Assembly (NCBI GenBank): GCA_964016885.1
Contig: OZ024741.1
Coordinates: 213,962,001-214,026,000, forward strand
Origin: Eledone cirrhosa
Taxonomy: Eukaryota
DNA length: 64,000 nt
Direction: 5' to 3'
Part shown: positions 13,613-25,875 of the stretch, piece after piece
Layout: every line of letters begins with the position of its first letter
Position numbering within the stretch: the stretch's first letter is position 1
The notes under the pieces: model-generated
The model's database searches: none
The model's input: the letters and a program-made list of their open reading frames with translations, nothing else
Told to the model about the DNA's origin: nothing
Position numbers and translations under genes: made by a program

Positions 13613-14213
13613 ATACTCATCTTTTTCCATTTCTCCGAGGGTTCTTAACCCCACTATCAGGCTAAACAATTTCTTTAGTCAAAATACGGCGATAGCTTAC
13701 ATTTCTAATAATTTCAAACCAACTCGCTGTTTCGAAAATATTCTTACATATATATACAAATAAAGATTCAGAGAGAATCGCATTTCGGCGGGCAGGAAAA
13801 GCGAAGCGAAACGCAAAAATCAGGAATGATACTGGCAAAGTGCTCAATAGTTAAACACCAGAGCTAAACAATGTGTTAAGAAGCCATACAAAACTAAAAA
13901 GGTGATCAACAAGACATTAACCACCCAAGCCAAAAACCAAATCAAGCTAAACAGGTCAAAACAAAATAAACGATTAAAAAAAATATATATATATATATTT
14001 ATGTGTATATTTTTACCCACATACACAATGTGTGTGTGTATACTTCATTTAGTATTTGTTTTGCCAAACTTTTTATCTGAAAACGTGTGTTGAAACATAT
14101 ATATATGTATATATATGCATGTATATGCATGTATATATATATATATATATATATGAGAGTATTGAAGTTTGCTTGAAGCATTATGGAATAATAAAATATA
14201 TATATATAAAAGT

Positions 14214-14297
14214 TAATTGTTTTGTCTGACGAGCGAGCTAGGTGTTTTCTTGCAAGAATCATCTAGTTTCTGGAAACCTTCGGTTATTAAATAATTA
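14214..14297 (+). ncRNA. Type I hammerhead ribozyme, slightly diverged
   Basis: Stem I TAATTGTTTTGT/ATTAAATAATTA, core CTGACGA (14226), long stem II GAGCTAGGTG..TTCTT-GC-AAGAA..CATCTAGTTT, GAAA (14273), stem III ACC-TTC-GGT, cleavage triplet GTT. The closing pair of stem II is mismatched. Confidence 0.6.
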
Positions 14298-14444
14298 TAT
14301 TGCATTGTTTATTATGTAATTAACTTTGTCTTTCATCCTTACGGGGTCGATTAAATAAAGTACCAATAATGCACTGGGTAAGTGTTGGCATTGTGCCAAA
14401 GTAAAACAATTATAGGAAGAAACAATTATGTAATTATATATATA

Positions 14445-14610
14445 TGCCACCCGTCCCCTCAATCTATCTTATTTCTCATTCTTTCTTCTGATGAATGACT
14501 AGCGTCCGAAATATTAAGGCACTCTTCCTGCTATATCAAGCGTTAACCTAATATATCCCTTCCATATGCTGTACCGATTGTGTTGTTATTTCTGTTTACC
14601 TTTTACACAC
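14445..14610 (+). mobile_element. Short dispersed repeat with a degenerate HHR (CTGATGA 14488 ... GAAA 14508); related copy on the minus strand at ~39725-39870
   Basis: ttcctgctatatcaagcgttaacctaatatat...tgttatttctgtttaccttttacacac matches the reverse complement of 39725-39820; HHR stems are weak. Confidence 0.5.
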
Positions 14611-14668
14611 AAACACACATGCGCACACACACACACACACACACATATACATATATATGTATAGTAAA

Positions 14669-14837
14669 ATGTTTAACCCCGACGGCAGAGCTCAAGCCGT
14701 TTCGACGGCTATTTCTGGACAGTCCAGAAATAGCCGTCGAAACGGCTTGATCTCTGCCGTCGGGGTTAAACATGTTCCTATTACCCACTCTACTACCCTA
14801 AGTATTGAGTACTCTGGTGCGTTATGGTTCATCAGGT

Positions 14838-14840
<3 letters not shown>
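14669..14840. mobile_element. Fold-back copy of a TA-associated short repeat family (52-bp palindrome arms centred on 14721 plus unique tail)
   Basis: atgtttaaccccgacggcagagctcaagccgtttcgacggctatttctggac-a-gtccagaaatagccgtcg...; tail cctattacccactctactaccctaagt is shared with copies at 36986, 38988 and 60258. Confidence 0.75.
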
Positions 14841-14874
<34 letters not shown>

Positions 14875-14894
14875 TGTATGTATGTATGTATGTA

Positions 14895-15420
14895 TCATGG
14901 TCGGGTCGTTGGCGACTAAACTGGCAACCCCACCAAGGTTTCTTGGTGAGGAGGGTGGTGACTTTGGACATCCTGCAGGACTAAAAACAAAACCTGTCAA
15001 ATGGCAAAGGAGCTCTTAAGAGTCAATGGCCATCCAAAATCACCGGGAGAGATGACCCTTTAACCTTTGTCAAGGCAGAATTCTAGGAGAAGGAAAACTC
15101 TGATATAACACCTGCAACTCTGATGCTATCCAATGATGTTGACTTGGTCTTCTTTTTGGTAAATATCATCTTGGTTAAGAGAGTGGGACTGGCTTTGTGC
15201 AGTGTCTTTGCTCACTATAAAAGCTTCACGGCACAGGCATTGCTTTATATATGGAGATCTCTCTGCACTTGTCGTCACATGGTACCAAGGACCCAGCACT
15301 ATGTGTCAATAATTGTCACAAGTGTAGTGTTTGTACCAGAGTTTTCAAGTTGCTGGCTGGACTAAAAAGTCACACTCGTTCAGCGCATCGGTAGGAGTTC
15401 TCCTACATGGATATAAAGTA
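14895..15420. mobile_element. Probable dispersed repeat, resembling a non-LTR retroelement 5' region (family unassigned)
   Basis: Complex sequence bounded by (TATG)n; recalled resemblance to common cephalopod repeats only, no coding motif recognised. Confidence 0.3.
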
Positions 15421-15854
15421 GTGGCCGTACTCGAAAACGAGTTGGCAGCCACCATGTATACATGTATGTATACATCATGTATGTATAATCAAGTTACACC
15501 TCAAAAAGCTCCTTCCCCAAACTACGTGTACTACACCCAGTTTCGTGGAAAAAAGTAATAGCAATCCATGAACCAATGGATACCGGAAGTCTTCGTGGCA
15601 ACCCACACAAAAAAGAAGTGTTTGTTCAAATCCCAGTATATCATTAACTTCTGCTCCTCTGTGTCATGGGCGTCGGTGTCTGGATCTGATGCCAATTGGG
15701 AAACCTTTCCCATGATGGTGTAAGAGTCCTCTACGTATGCTCTTATCCGGGGTCTGTGACTATATACGTCTTTGAAAGAATGACTCTTATAATTCCGTGA
15801 CAATGTAACGTTTTTGTTTTTTCACCCTAAAAGTGATCTTATTCTTAGTCTTCG

Positions 15855-16065
15855 TCTTCTTTTTCTCTTTCTTTTTCTTCTTCTTTATCTTTTTCTTATT
15901 TTTCTTTTTCTTTTTCTTTTTCTTTTTCTTTTTCTTTTTCTTCTTCTTCTTCTTCTTCTTCTTCTTCTTCTTCTTCTTCTTTTTCTTTTTCTTTTTTTCC
16001 TTTTTCTTAATTTTCTTCTTCTTCTTCTTCTTCTTCTTCTTCTTCTTCTTCTTCTTCTTCTTCTT
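15855..16065. repeat. (TTC)n / (TTTTTC)n polypyrimidine tract
   Basis: Directly visible. Confidence 0.95.
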
Positions 16066-16483
16066 GAGAGGAGTGACCATTAGCAGAGTCCTCGGGGTCG
16101 TAACGGAAACATATTTCACCGAATGCTCGGCTATCCCCTACCCAGTTTTGTTTGTCGTTGTTTTTGTTGATTCGCCCCAGGTCCACTCTGATCCAGTTGA
16201 GCTATGATCAAAGACAATCATGCCGTGACCATCACGTCTTTTTCCGATGTACTGAAGAATCCTCGACAACGTTAACATAAAATAGTTTTTTTTTAAACGA
16301 CGTTGTATGGTTTGAGGGATATTTAGCTACTATATCAAGCAAACATGTGTGATGCGTGGTATGGAGGGAGATGTGATGATTGTGGGATTAGGCGTATGAT
16401 ACTGGTAACGGTAGTAGTGGTGGTGGTGATAGTAGCACTTGTGGTGGTGGTGGTGGTGGTGGTGGTGATAGTAATAGTGGTGA

Positions 16484-16548
<65 letters not shown>

Positions 16549-17006
16549 CAAGAATTAGTAATGATGTTGGTGGTGGTAGTGGGGAGAAGTCGTTATTGAA
16601 TTTGTGTTTGAAAAATCACTATTATTAATTCATTATTGAAAAATTTAGCATTGAATGTATGATAAAGTTTGGGTTGGGAAGGATGTGGTATTTTTTGTTT
16701 GTTTGTAAATATATTTTTGTTTCTCCCTTGAGACGGTGGTGGAAGGGACCAGGGGTGAGTTAAATACATTGGCGTGACGGTTGGTGTGTCAATGGGTCGG
16801 TGGGTGAGAAGACTTTTGATGATATGCTGATCCACGACTATTGACGCTGCATGTGTGTTTGTGTGTTCATGTGAATATATATTTCTGTTTGAATCTCTAA
16901 ATGTTTGACCGTGTATGTATGAATATATATATATATATAAGAACAGGTTAAGTTTAAGCAAATCTTCGTATTTTAGTCTTCACATTTATTATTACTAATA
17001 TAAATA

Positions 17007-17042
<36 letters not shown>

Positions 17043-17088
17043 AGAGAATTTTCCGACCGTTTAGGTTAATTTCCATGGGTATGTTATT

Positions 17089-17188
17089 ATTTATAAAACA
17101 AGTCTTGTATTTTATCTGATGAAAGCGCACCAAGGTTGCTTGGTCGCCCTTGAAATATATATAATAAAATAAATATGGTTTTATAAAT
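17089..17188 (+). ncRNA. Type I hammerhead ribozyme (family B)
   Basis: Stem I TATTTTAT/ATAAAATA extended by ATTTATAAAAC/GTTTTATAAAT; CTGATGA at 17116; stem II ACCAAG-GTTG-CTTGGT; GAAA at 17152; palindromic stem III ATATATAT; cleavage after ATA (17163). Confidence 0.8.
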
Positions 17189-17212
17189 ATAGTTTCCATT
17201 TATTAATATCTT

Positions 17213-17276
<64 letters not shown>

Positions 17277-17281
<5 letters not shown>

Positions 17282-17391
17282 CAAGGGCGACCAAGCAACC
17301 TTGGTGCGCTTTCATCAGATAAAATACAAGACTTGTTTTATAAATAATGACATACCCATGGAAATCAGCCTTAACGGTCGGAAAATTCTCT

Positions 17392-17396
<5 letters not shown>
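17277..17396 (-). mobile_element. Inverted copy of the family B element whose HHR runs into (TA)n at stem III
   Basis: Reverse complement of 17038-17160 with a few substitutions; lacks the 3' strand of stem I. Confidence 0.8.
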
Positions 17397-17427
<31 letters not shown>

Positions 17428-18420
17428 AAGTGAGTCCTTCATCAGTGACCCTCCAACCGTCCTGGGCATTTCATCGCTTTAAGGGCCATATGCCTCGGGT
17501 TGGTGCGAACAACGGCTAAAAAAAGTCGTTGGGACACGTAAATAAAGGGGGACGCCAGAGTAACAACAAAAAAGTTTTAGCAACGGAAAGTGAGTAGAAA
17601 TAGACAAGTCCCAGATCTCTATGAATATAAACTCTGTGAAATCGTGAACAAGAGACAAAAGACCATCAAACCTGGTTGAAATGTGAGCAAGGAAAGAATT
17701 TCGCCCAAGTTTGACGGGGGGGGAAAAAGAGAGAGAGAAAAAGGAGAGAAGAGGAAGAAGAAGAAGAAGAAGAAGAAGAAGAAGAAGAAGAAGAAGAAGA
17801 AGAAGAAGAAGAAGAAGAAGAAGATAAAGGGGTCTGGTCTACGAATTCGGTAAACGCAAGTTTTGTGAAGTCGCAGACGAAAGAGAGAGAGAAAAAAAAT
17901 AACATACCAGCTCGGTCAAGACCGCGCGAGAAAAGAATTACACACAGGTCAAACTTGAAGGAGGAGGAGGAAAGATGAGGAGGAGAGGTAGTGACAGAGA
18001 ATGAGTGAGTGAAAGTTGAGGAGGAGGCTAACAGAGAGAGAGAGACCGCTAGAAGGGGTAAAGATACAAACGAAACACGAAAGGCAGCATGGAAAAAATA
18101 TATGTGTAAATATGATAATAATGGAGCTGCGGCGTATATATATATTATTTATATTAGTAATAATAAATGTGAAGACTAAAATACGAAGATTTGCTTAAAC
18201 TTAACCTGTTCTTATATATATATATATATTCATACATACACGGTCAAACATTTAGAGATTCAAACAGAAATATATATTCACATGAACACACAAACACACA
18301 TGCAGCGTCAATAGTCGTGGATCAGCACATCATCAAAAGTCTTCTCACCCACCGACCCATTGACACACCAACCGTCACGCCAATGTATTTAACTCACTAA
18401 CTCACCCCTGGTCCCTTCCA

Positions 18421-18472
<52 letters not shown>

Positions 18473-18496
18473 AAAGATGGTTAAAAGAGTTCCAAC

Positions 18497-18567
18497 TATT
18501 TTATTATACGCATTTCAAAAACAAATATCATCATGGGATGATATTTGCGTTTTCACCAGATAAAATA
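18497..18567 (-). ncRNA. Hammerhead ribozyme family C, core-mutated copy (CTGGTGA)
   Basis: Minus strand TATTTTAT-CTGGTGA-AAACGCAAATATCATC-CCAT-GATGATATTTGTTTTT-GAAA-TGCGT-ATA-ATAAAATA; homologous to 28985-29055. A partial inverted copy at ~19255-19310 has stem III ATGCGCAT. Confidence 0.65.
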
Positions 18568-19400
18568 GGGATACATGATATGAAGCTTAAAAAACACTTG
18601 TGAATAGTGAAGTTTTAAATCAACATATGAAAAATAATTTAAGATTGATGTGTGATATTGGGAAAAAGTGAGGGGGGTTGGAAAAGGTAAGGAAGAGGAG
18701 GAGATGAGAGTAAAGAATGGTGGGGGAGGAGTATAAGAAGGAAGGATGAGAGAGGAGGAGAGATGGGTGATAGAGAGAGAGAGATAGCCTTTACAACTGA
18801 GAAAAAATATATATTGTCTCACAGAGAGAAGTTAAAAAGCCGTTGGAAGATAATAGATTTAAAAGAATTTGAAATTAAAAGTTGATGAAGAGAAAAAGGG
18901 GTTAAGAATAATATTAAATTAAGGTTTGTATAATGAAGGGTTTAATAATATGTGCGAGGAAAAGAAATTATTAATATGTATTATTAAAATAAAAATATTA
19001 ATGTGAAAAGAAGTAGAAGAATGGATGAGTTATGAATTTAGAGGAATTAGTTAGTGTTTAAGTTTGTTTTTATGTAATGTAATATGTGTGCGTAATATAT
19101 GTACGTAAATAGTTTGTTTAAAAATAAGCGCAGAAAGCAAAGAAGAAAAGAATGTTTAAGGAAGAAAATATCTAACATAAAAAAATATATATGTTTACGA
19201 AATATTTTCTAATGGTAATAATATATATTAAAAGAAATTAGTTAGGGTTTAAGTTTTTGAAATGCGCATAATAAAATACTTGGAACTCTTTTAACCATCT
19301 TTTGATCTTATATTATTTATACTCCAGTCCTACAAACTGTAGAGTGCAACTTATCCGATATTTGCATTGCTTTATTGTGCTACAATAAAACTCACCTCCT

Positions 19401-19465
<65 letters not shown>

Positions 19466-19609
19466 TTGAAGCGCAGGCAGATAAAATTTACGTAATCTTT
19501 CTTCTTAGCTCGGAGAAATTAACTAAATAAATAATCAATTAAACGGATCTAAGTTAAAATGTAAGTTTGAAGAAATAATAGATACATGTTTACCAATATT
19601 CCTTTAGTT

Positions 19610-19693
19610 CCGAGTGTCGACAGTTTCGCTTGTGAGAATGTGTAATCGCTGCATTATCTATGAGGCTTCAAGCTTATCAAGGGACTCCCTCGG
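19610..19693 (-). ncRNA. Degenerate hammerhead-like motif
   Basis: Minus strand CCGAG..GTC-ccTTGATAA-GCTTG...CAAGC-GAAA-CT-GTC-GAC.CTCGG; stems are plausible but the core deviates from CTGATGA. Confidence 0.35.
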
Positions 19694-19737
19694 TTAGGAG
19701 CGATGTTTTTCCAAAGTGATCGCTGCCAGTAACAAAT

Positions 19738-19843
<106 letters not shown>

Positions 19844-20481
19844 GTGTGTATGTGCGTGTGTGTGTGTGAATATATATGTTACCACTTGCACAAACTGCTT
19901 GCGCCGTATTCCGTCATGTTTCCTGTCGTAAACTTTATTCTTATTTGTTTTCGAATTCGCTTCGTTGTCCTTGTCGATATACAGCCCCTTGTTTTCCACT
20001 GTCTCTAAGCTTTCCCGTGTCTTTTTCAACCTGGGCTCTATAATACGCCATATTACTCTTATGCCCAAAATTCCAATACCAACGTTTATTTATTTATTCA
20101 TTTTCTTTTCTTTTGTATGTATGTCAAGGATGGATCTGGCTGCTATTTCTAGCAGTTAGTGTAAATAACTAATTCAGAATATCTACCCATCCCAACAACA
20201 CTTCTCATCTCCACCCCTTCCACTCCTAGCTTCATAAGATTTGGTAAAACATATATATCATTATCATGAGTATCTCATGACGAAAGTGAGAAAAAAATTA
20301 CATCTTACACCTCCCTCCAGTTGTAGTTAACAGTAAGTTTTTTAACTGTTTTAACAGTAAGGGAACCATTCCTATTATATTGTTATAGCTCACACCTCCA
20401 GGTTTAGTTAGCCTTCTCCTAGTTGGTAGTAAACAGTAGGTTTCTTGGGCGTTTTGATGGTAAGTGCCATTTATTCCTATA

Positions 20482-20670
20482 ATTGTTTCTACTTTGGCAC
20501 AATGCCAGCAATTATCCTAGTGTATTACTGGTGCTTTATTTTATCGGCACCGTAAGGATGAAAGGCAAAGTTAACCTCGGTCGGATTTGAACTCAGTCCA
20601 TAAAGGGCCGTAACTCTTTGTTGCAAAGTATGGCGTCAGACCCTCTACCGATACTGCCAATCCACCACCC
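20482..20670 (-). mobile_element. tRNA-derived SINE (octopus OK-like), forming an inverted pair with 20930-21115
   Basis: Reverse complement of tggcagtatcggtaga...gagttcaaatcc...gaggttaactttgcctttcatcctt...gataaaataaag.accagt; A and B boxes. Confidence 0.8.
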
Positions 20671-20929
20671 TTTTCTTCCATTTCTTCCTATAATGTAGTT
20701 TATGCTGGCTTCCTAAGAGGTTGCGTCTCGTGAAATTTTTCGGGTGCTTCAATAACCACAAACACACATACACATATACACACACATACACACATACCGT
20801 TGTTGTCAGCGCTCACACCTATAGGTTTAACTAACCTCTTGTGATGTTGCATCTCATACATTTCTTGTGTATTTTGTCATCAGTTTTTTGCTGTTTCGAT
20901 AATAGGGGTCCCAGTCCTATTATTTTACG

Positions 20930-21115
20930 TGGATTGGCAGTATCGGTAGAGGGTCGGACGCCATGCTTTGACGCATAGAGTTACGGCCCTTGCCATTCTG
21001 AGTTCAAATCCCGCTGAGGTTAACTTTGCCTTTCATCCTTACGGGGTCGATAAAATAAAGTACCAGTAATACACTGGTTAATTGCTGGCCTTGTGTCAAA
21101 AGTAGAAACAATTAT
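20930..21115 (+). mobile_element. tRNA-derived SINE (octopus OK-like)
   Basis: A box TGGCAGTATCGG, B box GAGTTCAAATCC, conserved core gcctttcatccttacggggtcgataaaataaagtaccag; multiple copies in the window. Confidence 0.85.
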
Positions 21116-22084
21116 TTTACCGTTATTGCTCACCCATATGCAGGTTTCACTAAGCCCCTACGAGGTTGCATCTCGTATGTGGTTTCTGGTGAGGTTTATT
21201 GATAGGGTTCGCAGTACTATTATGATAAGCAACTTGAAATGAAGTGTCTTGTCCAAGAGTACAATATGTTGACCGATCCAGTAAGCGAACTCATAAATAT
21301 ATGATCGGGTGTTCAACACCTTAACCAGTAGGCCACGTGGCTTTACTTGGTGACGGGCATATGGTTCCGTTGAATCTATATCTACGTGTTAAAACTTGGC
21401 TTTAAATACATAGAAACCGAACAGATGGTAAGACTTTTATCTGGACTGTGATCATCAGCGATACTTTCTCCAACACTTAGGGTTCAGTGAGATAACCTAT
21501 CGGTGAGCGGCTGGTAATTTTCTGTTTGCCGGTTTTGCTGCTGAAGATATCTGTCCTCCTAGCTCCTCGAACCAATCACGTCTTACCCCATAATTACCTC
21601 CCCCTTCTCATTTATCCACAGCAAACAACAGCACGAACTCATTACTAACGATCATCATTAACAGTAACATCAAGCTAAATTCATTTTCCTTCAACCAACT
21701 CGTGTATTGGGTCTTAAAATTTATTTTGAGGACATTTGATGAAAGACAATTGCCCGAAACGACAAATCAATTAACTGCATTTTATATTTTATCTACTAGC
21801 ATGTATAAAATCAAACGAGCTTTATAAATGAAGCCTGTAGATGGCAGTTTGACTTGCTAGAAATTGTAGCCAATTTCCCGTTTAATTACATACTTCTTGA
21901 AAGTGATGATTTCTAAGAATATATTGGATACTGTAATTTTAGGGTTACTGCTGACAAGATGGTCGTAGTTGGAATGTCTTTGATCATAGGTCTGCTAAGT
22001 CAGAGCTGACCTCCCGGTAAATAACTGCAACAACAATGACATATCACAACCTCGAGAAACCTCTACCCCAAGCATCATAGCAAC

Positions 22085-24285
22085 CATAAACCACCTCCAC
22101 CATCATCCCCCCCCCCATCACTCGCACCACCACCACCACCCACCATCACCCACACTACAACCCCTACCACCCCCATCACCCACCACTTCATCACCACTAC
22201 CACCACCACCACCACCACCACCACCACCACTACCACCACCACCACCACCACCACCACTACCGAAAGCACTGTATACCCCACTCCCTTTCACACAACCAAT
22301 ACCACCGCAATCGTCACATTTTCCCATATCATAACCACACACCACCGCCACAAGCCCCACGCAACCCACTACCACCACCACAGCCGCTGCCGCCACCACA
22401 AACCTCATATGACCCACCACTACCACCACCACCACCACCACCACCACCGCCACAAGCCTCATATAACCCACCACCACCACCACCACCGCCACAAGCCTCA
22501 TATAACCCACCACCACCACAGCCACCGTCACAAGTACCATATAACCCACCACCACCACCGCCACAAGCCCCATATAACCCACCACCACCACCACCACCTC
22601 CACTGCTACCTCTACCACCACCACTATCACTTCTACCACTTCTACCACCACCACCACCACCACTGCCGCCTCCACTACCACCTCTACCACCACCACTATC
22701 ACCTCTACCACCACCACTACCACTTCTACCATCACCACCGCCACCACCACCACCTCCACTACCACCTCTACCACCACCACTACCACCTCTACCACCACCA
22801 CTACCACTTCTACCACCACCACCACCACCACCACCACCACCACCACCACCGCCTCCACTACAATTCTGTGATGTCTGACAGCTTCATTGATCCGACTATC
22901 GATTAAGTCGTTAAGCTGGGTTGATCTCAAACTTTACACAATCACCTCCATTATTATCAACATCGCAATCTCTTCCATCACCACCAACACCAACACCACC
23001 CCACCGCCACCACCACCACCGCCACCACCACCACCACCACCACCACCATCACCACCATCATCACCATCATCACCATCACCATCAACACCACCGCCATCTC
23101 CGTAGTTAACATCATTACCATAATCACCACCATGTCACCATCAACACGCCACCACCCGGCCATCTGCACATCACCACCCGACAAAATCCAACTTGCCACC
23201 ACCACCACCATGCCACCACACCACCACCAAACTACCACGACATCCACATCACCACATCACCACACCACCACCACCACCACCACACCACCACACCACCACC
23301 AAACTACCACGACATCCACATCACCACATCACCACACCACCACCACCACCACACCACCACATCACCACCAAACTACCACGACATCCACATCACCACACCA
23401 CCACATCACCACCACCACCACACCACCACATCACCACACCACCGCCATCACCACATCACCGCCAGCACATCACCACCAAACCACCAGCACATACCCATCA
23501 CACCACCACCACCACCACCACATCACCACCATATCACTACACTACCCTCTAACCAGCACATCGCCATCACATCACCACACCACACCACCACCACCACCAC
23601 AGCACCACCGCATCACCACACTTCACCACAACTTCACCACCACATCACCACAAATTCACCACCACCAGAGTACCATACTATCCCCAAACCACCACATCAC
23701 CGCCACCACCACATCACTACACTACCCCCAAACCAGCACATCCCCATCACCACCACCACCACCACAGCACCACAGCACCGCAGCACCACCACTTCACCAC
23801 AACTTCACCACAAATTCACCACCACCACCACAGTACCATACTGTCCCCAAACCACCACATCACTACACTACCCCCAAACCAGCACATCCTCATCACCACA
23901 CCACCACCACCACCACACCACCACCACCACCACCATCACCACCACTTCACCACAACTTCACCACAACTTCACCACAAATTCACCACCACCACAGTACCAT
24001 ACTATCCCCAAACCACCACATCACCACCACCACATCACTACACTACCCCCAAACCAGCACATCCACACCACCACCACCACCACCACCACCACAGCACCAC
24101 CGCATCATCACCACCACCACATCACCACAAATTCACCACCACCACAGTACCATACTATCCCCAAACCAGCACATCACCATCACCACATCACACTATACTA
24201 TCCTTAAAACAGCACACCCCCACCATATCACCAGCACCCCAGCACACCATACTATCCCCGCCATCACCACCACCACCACCACGCC
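22085..24285. repeat. (ACC)n / (CACCA)n low-complexity region with local minisatellite modules
   Basis: Directly visible. Confidence 0.85.
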
Positions 24286-24459
24286 TCCTACTCTAACTAT
24301 TAACGTGGTCACATGTTAAAAGAAAGGGACACAAAAGGACGACACACACGAAAGATTTTATTAGGGTTTTTTTTGGTATATTTTCTAATTGGTTTCTGTG
24401 TTTGTTTGTCTTGATGGGGACTGTCCTCCTACCCCCCTTCTCCTCCTACCACTCCTTAA

Positions 24460-25070
24460 TTAACAACAACAACAATAACAACAACAACAACAATAATAAG
24501 ATCAAAAACAACAACTACAACAACAATAACATGACATATAGCAATGACATCAAGAACAGCAATAATAATAACAATAACATGACCAACAACGACGACAACA
24601 ACTACTACAACCACAACAACTACAGCAACTACAATAATAACAACAATAACAATAACAACAACAGCAGCAATAGCAACAACAACAATAACAACTACAACAA
24701 TAACAATAACAACGACAACAACATGACCAACAGCAATGACATCAAAAACAACAACAACAACAACATGACCAATAGCAATGACAACAACAACAACAACAAC
24801 AACAACAATAACATCAACATCAAAAGCTACATCAAGGTTGATAGCAACGACAACAATAACATCAATAACATCATCAGCAATGACAAATGCAGCAACAACA
24901 ACAACAACAACAACAACAAATGCAGCAACAACAACAAAATCAACAAATGCAGCAACAACAACAGAAACAACAAATGCAACAACAACAACAACAACAACAA
25001 CACCAGGAACGATAGAAGCGTCATCATCAGTGATATCGTCAACAGCAATACCCAAAACAATGACAACATC
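24460..25070. repeat. (AAC)n-derived low-complexity tract
   Basis: Directly visible. Confidence 0.85.
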
Positions 25071-25324
25071 AATGGCGGAACTTGTCTGTGGTAGCCTAAC
25101 ACGACCTGCTAGAAATAGCAGCCAAATTCCTGCCAATCAAATACTGTTGGCTTGAAAAAAAAATATAGATTGATCTATTGATGTGTTAGTCACGACTGGG
25201 GTGTCTTTCATCATAGGTTTGCTTTGATCAGTGGTTGGAGGTACATCATCATCGCTACTTTCATCACCATCACACCACCACCACCATCATCATCATGATA
25301 ATGATCGCAATCACCTTTACCATC

Positions 25325-25875
25325 ATCATCACACCGAGCCCACTACATCGCCATCGTCTCCTTTATCACCACCACTTACACCACCACCACCACCACCATC
25401 ACCATTATCATCATCATCACCATCATCATGATCATGATCACCATTACAATTATCGCTACCGTCAGCACCACCACCATCATCACCATCATCACACCGAGCC
25501 CACAACATCGCCATCGTCTCCTTTATCATCACCACCACTTACATCACCACCACCACCACCACCACCACCATCATCATTATCATCATCATCACCATCATCA
25601 TGATCATGATCACCATTACAATTATCGCTACCGTCAGCACCACCACCATCATCACCATCATCACACCGAGCCCACAACATCGCCATCGTCTCCTTTATCA
25701 TCACCACCACTTACATCACCACCACCACCACCACCACCACCATCATCATTATCATCATCATCACCATCATCATGATCATGATCACCATTACAATTATCGC
25801 TACCGTCAGCACCACCACCACCATCATCATCATCACACCGAGCCCACAACATCGCCATCGTCTCCTTTATCACCA
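25325..25875. repeat. 172-bp tandem repeat, about 3 copies, CAT/CAC-rich
   Basis: ORF starts at 25428 and 25600 give the same peptide; caccgagcccacaacatcgccatcgtctcc recurs. Confidence 0.9.

Larger units (their letters stand above)
13261..13748. mobile_element. (TA)n-flanked fold-back element with ~210-bp inverted arms, each containing a tRNA-like cloverleaf
   Basis: 13261-13476 is the near-perfect reverse complement of 13505-13711; gtttcgaaaatattcttaca occurs both in the spacer (13477) and at the right end (13729). Confidence 0.8.
16738..18423. repeat. Pair of ~275-bp near-identical inverted repeats (16738-17012 and ~18138-18423) enclosing 1.1 kb
   Basis: Same peptide in ORFs 16593..16961(-) and 18191..18400(+); right arm has a small aactcact duplication and ends in (TA)n. 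Confidence 0.85.

Noticed and set aside
15531-15803. 90-aa complex-looking ORF
   Set aside because: No recognisable domain or splice support; possibly a decayed transposon fragment.
17428-17490. Minus-strand CTGATGA motif, also in a related repeat at 40057-40115
   Set aside because: No correctly placed GAAA/stem III downstream; only evidence of a shared repeat fragment.
21735-21770. TTGATGA...GAAACG hammerhead-like remnant (similar weak ones at ~32065-32125, 36746-36780, 37825-37865)
   Set aside because: Core mutations and weak stems; cannot be separated from chance by eye.
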